Assembly (NCBI RefSeq): GCF_902652985.1
Contig: NW_022983091.1
Span: 1-64,000 of the forward strand
DNA: 64,000 bases
Source of the DNA: Pecten maximus
Lineage: Eukaryota
Direction: 5' to 3'
Every line of letters starts with the position of its first letter. The stretch's first letter is position 1. The notes under the pieces were generated by a model. The model made no database searches. It worked only from the letters and a program-made list of their open reading frames with translations, and was not told the origin of the DNA. The position numbers and the translations under genes were made by a program. Shown here in pieces: positions 1-11,466 of the stretch.

Positions 1-1457
1 AAACATGTATCTCTTCTTTGAAAGTGGAGTACGGGGTGGTGTTAGTATGATCTCGAACAAATACGCTCAGGCTAACAATCCATACATTCCAGAATCATAC
101 GACCTTTCCCAACCGCATTCGTACATTATATATACCGATTGCAATAACTTGTATGGGAAGGCCATGTCGGAATCCTTACCCGTGGGGGGGGTTTCAATGG
201 GTTGAAAACCCACACACATTTGATCTGAACAAGATAACCAAAGATGGAGACTTGGGATACGTATTTGAAGTTGATCTGGAATATCCAGACGAGCTCCACG
301 ACAATCATTCCGATTACCCCCTTGCACCGGAACGCAAAAAAGTCTCAGACAAAGAATTGTCACCTACCAGTAAAGAGATGTGGAAAATATTACATCCAAA
401 CCCTAAACACACCGATGACAATTTACATGGGCGCGTATCGACAGAAAAACTGATACCAACATTAGAAAACAAGACCAAATACATCTGCCATGGTAGAAAT
501 CTACAATTGTACATGGAACTGGGTCTAAAAATCACAAAAATCCACAGAATTTTGGAATTTAAACAAAAACCCTGGTTACGCCCATACATACAATTCAACA
601 CATCCAAAAGAGCGTCCTGTAAGAACGAGTTTGAGAAAGATTTTTTTAAACTCATAAACAATGCCGTATTTGGAAAGACGATGGAGAATGTACGATCGCG
701 AGTCGATATCAAGTTGGCTCACACGGTCAAAAAATTCAAAAAATATGTGGCAAGACCTTCGTTTCAAAGATTCACAATCTTTAACGAAGACTTGGTAGCC
801 GTTCAGAACGATAAAATCAAACTAGTTTTGAACAAACCTGTATATGTAGGACAGACCATTCTAGATCTGTCGAAGTGTATCATGTATGAGTTTTTTTACA
901 AGTACTTAAAACCCAAATATGGGAATGGTATAAAATTACTCATGACAGACACAGACAGTCTATTATACCATGTTCAATGTGCAGACATCTATGATGACAT
1001 GTATCGGGACAGATATCTATTCGATCTGTCCAATTATCCAATCGAGCATCGCTGTCACGATACAAAGAACAAAAAAATACCCGGATATTTCAAGGACGAA
1101 ACGGGAAGCGAACCCATTGCAGAGTTTGTAGGGCTCCGTGCAAAAATGTACTCCTACATCTATGCCATACGTACACAGATAGAGATTGAAAATCGTACCG
1201 TTCTTTGGAACGATATGAAAGAAAAACAGATAGCCAAGGGTGTCGCAAAAACGACCATCAGACGCGATCTAAGGCACAAAATGTACAGAGAGTGTTTATT
1301 CGGAAACGAAATCAAAATGTGTAAAATAAATTCAATTAGAAGTGATAAACATCAACTCTACGTTCACACCGTCAACAAGTCGGGTCTGTGTGCCTTCGAT
1401 GACAATTATATACACATGTATTATTACATTTTTAATTTTAAGCAAAAAGAAGTATAA
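1..1457 (+). pseudogene. Protein-primed family B DNA polymerase (pPolB), C-terminal part, frameshifted and 3'-truncated
   Basis: Motifs RGGVS, YTDCNNLYG, KLINNAVFGK, MTDTDSL, FVGLRAKMYS. Frameshift in the G-run at ~185-191. Homology stops at ...AFDD (~1405), whereas the paralogue at 16110-16185 continues KRFVLPNDCDTLAFGHYKI*. Confidence 0.93.
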
Positions 1458-1479
1458 GAAAGTTTGTATACCTATCAAA

Positions 1480-2075
1480 ACTTAATTAAGAATAAGCTGT
1501 AGAACAAAAGAAAAAGCTTAAGTTGTAGAACAAAATTAGATAAAAAAAATAAAATAAGAATCAAGTTGAAGAACATAAACTCAAGCAAGGATTACGTTTT
1601 AATACAAATCTAGAGAAAATGGTAAGTTGTAGGACGAAATTAGAAAAAAAAATAAAAATTAAGTTGAAAAACAATAACTAAAAAAAAGCATTAAGTTTTA
1701 ATAAAAATCTAAAGTAAAGGTAAAGTTAAAGACCAAAATTAGAAAAAAAAATTAAAAAAATAAAGTTGTAGAATAAAGTTAGAAAAAAGTATTAAGTTGT
1801 AAAAAGAAAATTTGAAGGATGAGAGACATCATTTAAAGGTTACAAAGTTTATATATACATAACACATTAGATGTCTAAAGTATGAGAGACATTTAAAGGT
1901 TACATAGTTGATATATTATGTGTGTGTCTCTAGTATGAGAGAGATCATTATAAGATTCTAAAACATTGTAATTCTGAAAGTAGGAGAGAGATCATTATAA
2001 GATTCCATATAATTCTGAAGTATGGGAGAGAGATTTAAAGGTTACATAACATTGTATATCTGAAGTATGAGAGAT
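1480..2075. repeat. Degenerate A-rich tandem repeats
   Basis: Recurring aagttgtagaacaaaattagaaaaa-like units (1480-1810), then tatgagagac/atttaaaggttaca-like units (1815-2075). Confidence 0.6.
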
Positions 2076-2479
2076 GTATACTACAGTATCATTAAAATAG
2101 TTAAAGATTATTCTTAAATAAGATCCTATACCCCTTATGAATTCGATATTTCATTAATGTATAGTTATGTTTTATAAGTTGTACTTTCCATTCATTTGTC
2201 AATAGAAGTGTTATAAATAAAAATGTAGCAAACAAATAGTTTTTTCTTAATCAATCTACTCTACATTCTGATATAGAATCCAGCACTGTCTCTTCATACG
2301 TTGAAACGTTGACCTCTACTTTACAGTAATATCGATGTCTCCTCAGCCTTTTCATATGGGAACGAACTTTACTTTACGGTAGATGACTGATCGACATATG
2401 TCTACTTCGTGACATCCGAAACATAGATTATTGGGATAATGTGATTTATCTCTAAACAATACATTACCGTTCAAATCCT

Positions 2480-3016
2480 GCCCTGCAGGTAGGGCGTAAG
2501 AATTGTACCTGCTGCCCCCATTGCATGATCGTAAGAGGCGACTAAACTTGGGATCTTATCTTTTCTCCTCTTTCGTAACAACTTTCTTCTTCCTAATGTC
2601 TCCCTTGACAGTGCCTCACTTTTGGCCTTTAGTTGAGTGTTCGCCCCTGTGAGGAAAGCTTTGGGTTCTGTCCCCTAGCCGAGACATACCAGAGTCTTTA
2701 AAAAATGGTAGTTGCTACTCCTGCTTAGCGCTCAGCATATTAGGAGTGGGACGACTGGTTCGCCCGTTGTCAGTATAATGTGACCGGGTGGGGTGTGCTG
2801 CTGGGTGTCTTCGGCAGTATGCTTCAGTGAGGTAGCACTATAAATCGGCAAAAGTTCCGGCCTATCACAAGGAGACTTAACACGAACATACCGCAGCCTC
2901 CCAAAACACACATACGCACTCAACACACGCATGCATGTCGCACACACGGGATGCCGTCCTTAAATGACCTTAGCTGTTAATAGGACGTTAAACAAAATAA
3001 ACAAAACCAAACCAAA
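2480..3016 (+). mobile_element. Composite SINE, full length: pseudoknot head + decayed tRNA-like segment + Meta-like core + I/Nimb-type tail
   Basis: Near-identical to 18764-19299 and partly to 51277-51481 and 51948-52343. Core gccgagacataccagagtctttaaaaatggtagttgct...gctcagcat resembles the Meta-SINE domain. Tail gtccttaaatgacc...aggacgttaaac(aaac)n. Confidence 0.85.
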
Positions 3017-3131
3017 TTGTTGATACATAACTGAAGAGACGTCGATAGTATTGTAAAATAACATAAATGCACCTAAAGAGCGATAACTCGTATAGCTATA
3101 GCTTGAAGATACATTTGATAGAGCAAGTATC

Positions 3132-3729
3132 GTCTATTGAAAGTTTGACAGGTACTGTTCGAACTCAGTCTATTGAAAGTTTGATAGGTACTGTTCAAAC
3201 TCCTCAGTCTATTGAAAGTTTGACAGGTACTGTTCAAACTACTCAGTCTATTGAAAGTTTGACAGGTACTGTTCGAACTCAGTCTATTGAAAGTTTGATA
3301 GGTACTGTTCAAACTCCTCAGTCTATTGAAAGTTTGATAGGTACTGTTCAAACTCCTCAGTCTATTGAAAGTTTGATAGGTACTGTTCAAACTCCTCAGT
3401 CTATTGAAAGTTTGATAGGTACTGTTCAAACTCAGTCTATTGAAAGTTTGACAGGTACTGTTCGAACTCAGTCTATTGAAAGTTTGACAGGTATTGTTCG
3501 AACTCAGTCTATTGAAAGTTTGATAGGTACTGTTCAAACTCCTCAGTCTATTGAAAGTTTGATAGGTACTGTTCAAACTCAGTCTATTGAACGTTTGACA
3601 GGTACTGTTCGAACTCAGTCTATTGAAAGTTTGATAGGTACTGTTCAAACTCCTCAGTCTATTGAAAGCTTGATAGGTACTGTTCGAACTCAGTCTATTG
3701 AAAATGTGATAGGTACTGTTCGAACTCCT
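3132..3729. repeat. Minisatellite, ~16 units of 36/39 bp (cagtctattgaaagtttgayaggtactgttcraact[cct])
   Basis: Directly visible tandem array; it explains the spurious ORFs 3067..3732 and 3073..3780. Confidence 0.97.
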
Positions 3730-4298
3730 TAGCATAACTTGGAGCCGCTCCCGTCTTTCTATACGGGTGCATCCTTTCAACCACCTATGGCAAGAAAAAA
3801 ATGTAAATCAGAACTTCCCTCTTGCAACTAATAAATGATTTATTGGCGCGTGTTCAAAATATGAGTTTACTTACGTGTCTCACATCACTTGTTTGCTCTT
3901 CCTTTTGTTTACCGCCTTGTTCTGTTTTCTCTTTTGTCGTCCCTGGTATTTGGCCCTGTGGGGAAATTAAATGACGCTGTACAGTACACTGTCTAATACT
4001 AGCTATAACTTGATATACATTCTGCTGTTTAATAGAAATGCCACTTACCTGATTTAACAAATGCAGGCTATCATCCAGGCTGCTCCTAAGGTCTGACAAA
4101 TCCTGAAACTCGTCCAGGGTCAATGGGAGATAATATTTCTTCTCCCTCTTTGTTAAGTGCACATAAACCACTCCGTTAAATACATTAACGGAAATACTTG
4201 TCTTCGTATTTAGCCTCGTCGACAAAGATGGCTGTGTAGAGCCATCTTTTTTTTGTGTGACTGGATAATTCGAACTTCCCATAAATGATAGGTTCCAT
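3695..4298 (-). CDS. Spliced PC4/p15-like (ssDNA-binding/coactivator fold) Polinton gene, 3 exons, +1 frameshift in an A-run
   Basis: Exons 4298-4049, 3955-3875 and 3784-3695 with phase-0 GTAAGT...AG introns (93 and 90 bp). Exon 1 (...SISVNVFNGVVYVHL...KKYYLPLTLDEFQDL) has the PC4-like pattern and is homologous to 17065-17330. Confidence 0.65.
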
Positions 4299-4357
4299 TT
4301 TTTCTCTTCTTTTTTTTTGCGCCAAAATCTAAGTGACGGTTAACAACGTTGGCGCGC

Positions 4358-4410
4358 TTTTTATATAGCTGGTTTAGGTGTGGTAGGGTGAAATAGACAT
4401 CAACCAATGA
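4358..4410 (-). promoter_or_regulatory. TATA box (TATATAAAAA) and CCAAT box upstream of the PC4-like gene
   Basis: TATA about 60 nt upstream of the ATG at 4298, CCAAT at ~4403. A similar TATAAA + CCAAT arrangement lies at ~17390-17470 upstream of the paralogue. Confidence 0.5.
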
Positions 4411-4638
4411 AAACTTAGGTTTACGGAATGGTGAACATGTCAATTTTTTGTCAAAAGACAAGTTCCCTCCTGTCAAGACATCACATGTGGGCACTCCTCC
4501 GAAACACTACCGGTCGCCGGACGGAAACATGGCACCCATATCCAGGCGTCCGGGCTACTCACTCAGCCGGAGCCCATACTGTAGACTGGTCATATCAATT
4601 GAACTATATAAAACTAAACAATGACATTTTTCACTACT

Positions 4639-4900
4639 GTGCCGTCCTTAGACATACATCGCAGGATCTACATTATCTCCTAATGTCTGACCGACAACCT
4701 GGCCAGAAGAATTCTGCTAACACCCGGTTAGTAGTCTTTGCAATGCCTAAATGTCCCGCCATGACAGAATTATGGCCTAGATTTAACACTGTTTCACGCA
4801 ATTTTCTCGGCACCACCAACTGTCTTCTAGTACTACCGTTCTCCTCCAATTCCCTATATCTTGATCTGTCCGTTTTCAGTGAAACACGTTGGGTCAATGT
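4639..4900 (-). pseudogene. Ty3/Gypsy integrase H2C2 zinc-binding fragment
   Basis: LVVPRKLRETVLNLGHNSVMAGHLGIAKTTNRVLAEFFWPGCRSDIRR*CRSCDVC. Confidence 0.85.
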
Positions 4901-5234
4901 ACGGTAAGATAAAAATAAACAACAGCCAATGATCTACCTTCACGGGATGGTGGGCAAAGTTCTTTTATTTTTTGCTGATCGATGTGTTTTTAGTTAAAAG
5001 AACATCTACATTTTATGAAAATTAAGATTCTCAGTTCTGTTACGTATCGACCTTACCTAAAAGTATGTCTTTAAATAATCTATCGGGAATATATACAAGG
5101 ATATAGATACAAATCAAACTGTTCATATTACTTATTTTAGGCTAGTACTCTTTCGATCAGTTAAAACTCAGTTCCTCCTATCTTCACCAGAACTTATGTC
5201 GATATTGACCTCAGATTTAAATGTATGTGAAGTT

Positions 5235-7355
5235 TATACTGTCACCACAATTAGAGACGAACACATGATGTCTCGTTGACAGTAAGATTTTATTGTCCTT
5301 CATATCCGACAATCCGACAGTGAAGACTGAAATTATATATATAACACAATATCAGCACTAGTCAAATTAATTTACATGCATCATTACCATAATTGTAGTA
5401 ACTACACATATGCAATCTTTATACACAAAAACCTAAGTTAGCTAAGAGTTATTTCCCTTGATAAGCAAATAACAACAATTAGCCCTCAATCTAGTAGCAA
5501 TTAACATGACCCATAAATATAAATGTCTGAAATACAGCAACACATGTAGAAATGTAGGACCGAGCAAAGGGTCGAGCAAACAAACCAAAAATAAATATGG
5601 AGCATGCATTTATTATACTGGGCGACTGTAGTACACAATAAAATGGTTAAAATGCTGTTTGCTAACATACCCGATAGCATTATAATAAACACCGATGTGC
5701 TATAATAACTATACTGGAAAACTGGCTAGACTTATCGACTAGAAATATAGATATGACTAGTTTATTTTATAAACATTATAATCAATGACTGTGTATCAAC
5801 ACATACAATATTTAGGACTAGAATGTCCAACTGTCACACTAAGTATCACAACGTTAACAATCTGACCCAGTTACGGCGCCAAATTCTAAAAATACACAAA
5901 ATATCAGACCATGCTTTCCGCACGGGACATTATATAGTTTATGAATAGGTTGCTAGACTTATAACCTATATTGTTTATGAACAGGTTGCTAATAACTTAA
6001 ATTACAGTGTTACATATTTATCGTTATTATGCAGTTATTCAATAAACCTACATTTTGGTTTGCCAGGGTACCAGGTATCATTTTCGAAGCTGGCTGAACA
6101 GCACATGTTGCAATGTATGTAAAAAAAACTACCTTACAAATAAAAGAGTTCCAAGTATTGATAGTCAGGAACGATAACTCTTGAGGGAGATCTCTAAAGA
6201 CTAAATATCAAAGTAGTGAGAGATCCAGAATCTGGTCACAGAACACTCCCCTCCTGATATCTTGCCTAGATATCACAAAAAACATAACAAAATTGAGTAC
6301 ATGTCAAAGCCAAAGGTGAAAATTCTAAATACTGATTGTCATTTTGAACTTCAAAGTTCAAATATACCTAATGTGAACCACACATTAAATACCAAGCGTC
6401 ACTCATTATCAGTCTCCAGTAAAAGGACCAGTTCGCTAAAAGGACGAGTGTAGTTGGATGGTGTTCCTTTAGGTGACATCACACGAACCTCTGCTGTACG
6501 AATTTTGCCATCCTCACTGGGAAACACTTCAGTAATAATGCCCATCGGCCAGTAGTTACGGGCGCACATCTTGTCTCTTAACAAGACAACATCTGAAACA
6601 CGAATGTTCCTCTGATCTGTTCCATTTTCGTCGTTCTTGTAAACTTTGTAGGAATTCCATCCTCCATTTTTTCCAGAACATATCAGATAAACACTGAACC
6701 ATCTTCCATTGGGCTCTATACATGTTTCTAATGTCAGCTGTAATAACGATATCAGTGATTGAATCACTCTTGTGAGTTAGGATGAGAGATGGACTGAGAG
6801 GATAGGGATCTTGAGGATCAGAACTCAGTGGAACCAGTGGTCGTGAATTGACAATCGCTGTCACTTCGGCGAGAAAGGTAGTAAGAACTTCATGAGTGAG
6901 AACTCCCCGTCTACTGTCAAGTAGTAAAGCATCCAGAATTCTTCTGGCAACCCCGATCATTCGTTCCCACACACCCATATGGGAGGCATGCGGGGGATTG
7001 AAGATCCATTTACAGCCATCCTCGAGGAGAAATTTCCTGACAGCATCATTTTCCACGTTGATTCCACCTAACTTTTCCATAGATCCCCTGGACTTACGGC
7101 ATGTAACACAAGAGTGAATGATGGATGAGATGAGACGCTTCCCACCTGTAATCCAACAGCCTGCTTCTCGTACAGCACCTTCTGTTAGGTGACGTCCTTG
7201 GTGACATACTTTCTCGTGATAATGGCGAACAAGCAAGGTGGCGAGATGGTGTTTCCCAGGTATCAAAATGGGACTTTTCATTTGAACAGGAATGTCTGCT
7301 CTCTTCAATCTCCCTCCAACACATAACAGATTGTCCTTGTTAAGAACTGGTGATA
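5235..7355 (-). mobile_element. BEL/Pao LTR retrotransposon 3' fragment (internally deleted integrase, DUF5641-like C-terminus, PPT, 3' LTR ~5235-6245)
   Basis: VGGRL...HEKVCHQG...CVTC, PPHASHMGVWERMI, VNSRPL, WRMEFLQSLQERRKW, WPMGIITEVFPSEDGKIR. PPT caggaggggag followed by TGTTCTG at 6245. The LTR far end (AATAAA then acagtata) is inferred. Confidence 0.85.
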
Positions 7356-7381
7356 TATCAGAGACGTCAAAGTGATCCGAG

Positions 7382-7807
7382 ATGTCACACTATATATTGA
7401 TACACAGCGACGGAAGCAAAGACTACTTTACTGAAAATACCCCAAGCAATTTTAGAGCATATTTTCAGACACCTTTAAATTTATCTGAAAAGTGGTTAGT
7501 AGCATTAGTCGATGTTAACTTACAGACATCGGGTACGAAAACCAAACAAAATCTATATATACATAGCAGCATCGTTGGTGATAGCTTTGTGGATGGTGAA
7601 AAGGACGATCTGATACGAATGGTGAGGGCACAAAAGACAGGAAGCTGGTCCCAATCCTTCACAGCGCCGTTCTACATCCCAGTCAAGAAATCAGAAATCA
7701 GAGACTTCGACATAAACATAAAGACTGGAAAGGGGGATCAAGCCTCATTCCTGAAAGACCCCGTGACGATCACACTCCACTTCAAACAGTATCCCTTTCT
7801 GGTATGA
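7382..7807 (+). CDS. Minor capsid (penton/PX-like) protein, short
   Basis: N-terminal YILIHSDGSKDYFTENTPSNF...PLNLSEKWLVALVD and C-terminal YIPV...DINIK...ITLHFK pattern of Polinton PX proteins; lies upstream of the MCP. Confidence 0.75.
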   Translation: MSHYILIHSDGSKDYFTENTPSNFRAYFQTPLNLSEKWLVALVDVNLQTSGTKTKQNLYIHSSIVGDSFVDGEKDDLIRMVRAQKTGSWSQSFTAPFYIPVKKSEIRDFDINIKTGKGDQASFLKDPVTITLHFKQYPFLV

Positions 7808-8270
7808 ATATTCCAAACATGTATGTACCTAACGTTGGGAAATGGATGAAATACTATCAAGACGTCGTAGAAAAAAAAAGAGAGTCCGTATGAAGCAGGC
7901 AGGAACGTTAAACAGCGTGGGAGCGGTCTGTCTAACACTTCTAATGAATTCATGATCCCTATCGATAAGGAAAGAGGACGAAAAGCTCTACCTTCTCAAG
8001 CAGTAGATGTAGATCTGGTGTCTCCAGTGCAACAAATCGTTGATAGAGCTAAATCGGAACTTAAGAGAGAGGGAACCTCACACACTCATCATTCGCCCAC
8101 AAAACGTCGAAAGAGTATCAGGAAGAAAACAAATCAAGTTCAAGGAAAGAAAACAACTCTCAAAAAGAAAGGAATCCTTAAAAAGAAAGCAGTCCTTAAA
8201 AAGAAACAGTCCTTAAGAAGAAAAGAAAGCCATCAAAGAAGGTGAAACGGGACGATATAGTTTCTCAATG
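7804..8270 (+). pseudogene. Basic core/virion DNA-binding protein-like
   Basis: MYVPNVGKWMKYY..., QRGSG (adenain-type cleavage-like motif), VSPVQQIVDRAKSELKRE and a Lys/Arg-rich tail; frameshifted; starts in an ATGA overlap with the penton stop. Confidence 0.55.
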
Positions 8271-9563
8271 GCTGCGATAAACAAAGATTTCTTTAGAGAG
8301 GTACAACCTTCTGAACTAGCCTTCTTCGATCTACCTCCGACTCAGACAGCTGTAGAAAACATATACTATCAAGATGTTTTACCTATCACAAATAACGAAT
8401 GACTCATCTGTGGAGTTCGTGCTTAGCGGTCAAAATGGAATGGAATTATTGGACCTCCAGAACACCTCCTCTATGCCAAAGCGAAGATCGTCAAAGCAGA
8501 CGGAACAAACATCTCATTTACAGAAGACGTTGGACCCGTTAATCTATTTCTATCATCATTGTCCCAACAAGTGGATGTCTCCCTCAATGGAAAAACGGTC
8601 GTTTCTACGACCAATTATTCTCCTTACAAGGCATACATCCAGAGTATCTTAAGATATGGGAGAGAGGCTAAAAACACTCAATTGAGAACGCAGATATGGG
8701 AACGCGATGATTATGAAGACATGGATGAATGTAGTCCAAGAACCGGAACTAATGGAGCCCTCCTCAACAGAGCACAACGGTAGTGGACATAGTTGGTCCA
8801 GTATGTCATGACCTATTTAGAATGGATAGATATTTGATCAATCAAGTCAATGTTGGTATCAAGTTGTATCGATCGAAACCCGCATTCTCTCTTTTATCTG
8901 GAGATGCCGCACCCGATTATCGGATTGCCTTCGACGATATTCGGTTACGTGTATGCAAAGTTAAGATTAATCCAGCCGTGATTTATGCTCAAAGTAAAGC
9001 ATTAGAATCGACTAATGCCAAATATCCATTTACTCAAACAATGATCAAGCAGATGACCATTCCAGTGGGAGCCACCAACTTCACCTATGACAACACGTTT
9101 CAAGGGATGAGACCCAACCAAGTAGTCGTGGGATTCGTTAAATCGACGGGTGCTACCGGTGATTACGAGCAAAATCCATGGTACTTTCAAGGCTATGACG
9201 TTACGAACCTAGGACTTTACATCGATGGTATACCGGTTGGCGGTAATCCGTTAAAGCCGAAATTCGGCACAAACCCCCAGACCGTATCCATCTTAAGAAG
9301 CATGCTACAGTCGACCGGTAAGTGGCTGGATGACTGGTTCTAACATTGAAAGAGATGACATCAGTCAAGGATATGCTCTGTACACATTCGATCTCGAACC
9401 GAAATTCAGAGGAGGGCAATATTTGACACTACTAAAACAAGGTAACGTCAGATTGGAGGTTACCTTCGGCACTGCATTAACGGAGACGGTGTCCTGCATC
9501 ATCTATGGTGAGTACCCAGGTTATTTCGAAGTCACAGAGGCTAGAGACGTCATACTGCCATGA
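8268..9563 (+). pseudogene. Major capsid protein (double jelly-roll, Polinton PY)
   Basis: SELAFFDLPPTQTAVE, SQQVDVSLNG...YSPYKAYIQSILRYG, HDLFRMDRYLIN, KYPF, GMRPNQVVVGFV, GYALYTFDL, GNVRLEVTF; several frameshifts. Confidence 0.9.
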
Positions 9564-10011
9564 ATACTCAGGAGCTGCAATGTATCATCGAATGTGATCT
9601 AGAAATGAGACACAGTATACGTTAGAGATCAAATACCTACATTGAGAACCTTCCCATGCGGTTTCATCGTCAACACCGACACCAGCGATCTACCAGGCAG
9701 ACATTAGGTTGCTTTTTACTACGAGTCGAAAGATAAATCGGAGTTCTTCGATAGTTACGGACATTCTCCAACGTATTTCGGATTCCATGCTCGATCCCAT
9801 AACAGAAAACGTTTACAGAGTTCCAACTCTGTTCTGTCTGTATTACCTTTTGAATAGATGTAGGGGATTATCCATGTCATCCATATTTATAAATTTTAGT
9901 CGTAATTTACATGAAAACGATGTATTTGTGAATAGTTATATATTACAAACATTTCCATATTGTGTCAACAAACAGAATCGTCATCAATCATGCTGTGCCG
10001 AAATTCAATAA
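9560..10011 (+). pseudogene. Adenain-like cysteine maturation protease
   Basis: GFIVNTDTSDLPGRH*VAFY...EFFDSYG and FCLYYLLNRCRGLSM; catalytic-His-adjacent Trp is now a stop and the catalytic Cys region appears deleted. Confidence 0.82.
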
Positions 10012-10070
10012 AAAGAATTGTATATACATGTATGTGTGTTCGTCTTATTCAATTCATTCTCGTTGCAACT

Positions 10071-10760
10071 ATGGCATGGTATACACGTGAAACCCTCGTT
10101 AAGTTTCAATCACCATGCAGGATCATGATAGCAGGACCATCAGGAAGCGGAAAGACTCGATTAACTAAAAGGATTCTAGAAAATGCCAATGGTATGTTCA
10201 GTGAACCGGTTAAGAAAATAATTATGTGCTATGATACGTGGCAACCCATGTTTGAGGATCTGCAAAGGAAACTAGATATCACATTTCATATGGGTTTACC
10301 GAATCAGGAACGATTCGATGATTGGAGTACTACCGAAGGGCACAAGATTCTCGTCATTGATGATTGCATGAGTGAAGGATCCAATAGTTCTGACTTAGAA
10401 AAAATGTTTTGTGTGAAATCCCATCATACGAATTTCTCCGTTATATTTTTAGTACAAAATATCTACCAAAAGGGTAAGGTCATGAGGTCTCTAAGCTTGA
10501 ATACGTCCTATTTTGTTCTCTTCAAAAATTATAGAGATCAATTACAAATAGAAACCTTAGGGAGACAGATGTTTCCAGGTCAATTAAGTTATTTTAGAAG
10601 TTCATTCAAATTAGCGACTTTGGAGCAGTATGGCTATCTAGTAGCTGACGTATCTCCAGTTCGACCCGCGGCTGATATAGAAGGAGTAACCGTAAGTCTA
10701 CCCTCATTATGTACGAAGATTTTAGTAGGAGAGGACACTGTTTTCTACTTTCCGGTATGA
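10071..10760 (+). CDS. A32/FtsK-like genome-packaging ATPase
   Basis: Walker A GPSGSGKT, Walker B ILVIDD, SHH...VQN, RSLSLNTSYFVLFKN; open frame. Confidence 0.93.
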   Translation: MAWYTRETLVKFQSPCRIMIAGPSGSGKTRLTKRILENANGMFSEPVKKIIMCYDTWQPMFEDLQRKLDITFHMGLPNQERFDDWSTTEGHKILVIDDCMSEGSNSSDLEKMFCVKSHHTNFSVIFLVQNIYQKGKVMRSLSLNTSYFVLFKNYRDQLQIETLGRQMFPGQLSYFRSSFKLATLEQYGYLVADVSPVRPAADIEGVTVSLPSLCTKILVGEDTVFYFPV

Positions 10761-11050
10761 AACCTTTCATAGAATTTTGGCTCGCGGCCTCCGACGATCA
10801 AAGGAAAGGCTTGCTATTAACATTAACGAAAGGGCAGCTGCAATTTCTAACCAATATCATATATAACACAGTCATGAATAATATCACATTGTCTGAGGAT
10901 AGTAAAAAGAGACTTTCCAATCATAGACTCGCCATATCAAAAGTCTTAACCAAAGGGGTAAGTCATCGAGAGCGACGTCGGAGAATTCTTGAAGTTAAAA
11001 AAGTTCTACCAATATTATTGGAGCACTATTTGAAATGGCTAGAGAATTAG
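10757..11050 (+). CDS. Polinton PW-like small basic protein
   Basis: QRKGLL...QFLTNIIYNTVMNNITLSEDSKKRL...RRRRIL pattern directly after the ATPase (ATGA overlap). Confidence 0.65.
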   Translation: MKPFIEFWLAASDDQRKGLLLTLTKGQLQFLTNIIYNTVMNNITLSEDSKKRLSNHRLAISKVLTKGVSHRERRRRILEVKKVLPILLEHYLKWLEN

Positions 11051-11466
11051 TGTTAATACCTAAGGTGAAATACCTAGATCTATTATCAGAGGAAAAAAAA
11101 CGGAAGATTGAAAATTCGACGATACCTGAAGAGGATAGCGTTGCTAAGAACTCAGAAAATGTAAAAAAGACGACAGAAAATATCGATAACGAGCCTACTC
11201 CCGTAGAAAATCTAGAAAGCAACGACGATGACGACATTCCTAAAAATGGGACAGAAAAGAACAATAGACCAGAAAAGAACAATACACTCAAAAAGGAAAA
11301 TGGACTGAGCCGTGAGATCATTTCTTAAATTAGTAAGCCAATCAGACGCAGCAATCGACGACAAAGAAAGTCACAAAGCGGGGGGAAATTGTTTGTTAAA
11401 TCCACACCTAACCGATTCATGCGAAACCTGAAGACAAAACGTAAATGGCTCACATTCAAAATCTAG
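11035..11466 (+). pseudogene. PZ-like protein (short, interrupted)
   Basis: N-terminal MARELVLIP and C-terminal KRKWLTF motifs in the position usual for this gene; internal stop at 11326-11328. Confidence 0.4.

Larger units (their letters stand above)
1..4638 (+). mobile_element. Polinton/Maverick (adintovirus-like) element 1, right part only
   Basis: Contains a protein-primed PolB C-terminus and a convergent PC4-like gene. Ends in ...tttttcACTACT at 4633-4638 (5'-AGTAGT on the minus strand, a Polinton-type terminus) exactly where an unrelated Gypsy integrase fragment starts. Left end is outside the window. Confidence 0.75.

Noticed and set aside
2480-2515. Pistol ribozyme, or an SbfI (CCTGCAGG) cloning artefact
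   Set aside because: The 5' pseudoknot is superficially pistol-like, but the P2/P3 arrangement and conserved catalytic motifs are missing. Copies carry independent mutations and match well beyond the 8-mer, so it is not an adaptor.
2732-2947. Recurrent short ORFs antisense to SINEs (also 18982..19230, 18758..19021, 51217..51408)
   Set aside because: Chance frames in a non-coding repeat; not preserved consistently between copies.
3067-3780. 221-aa and 235-aa repetitive ORFs
   Set aside because: By-products of a 36/39-bp minisatellite; only the first unit is plausibly coding.
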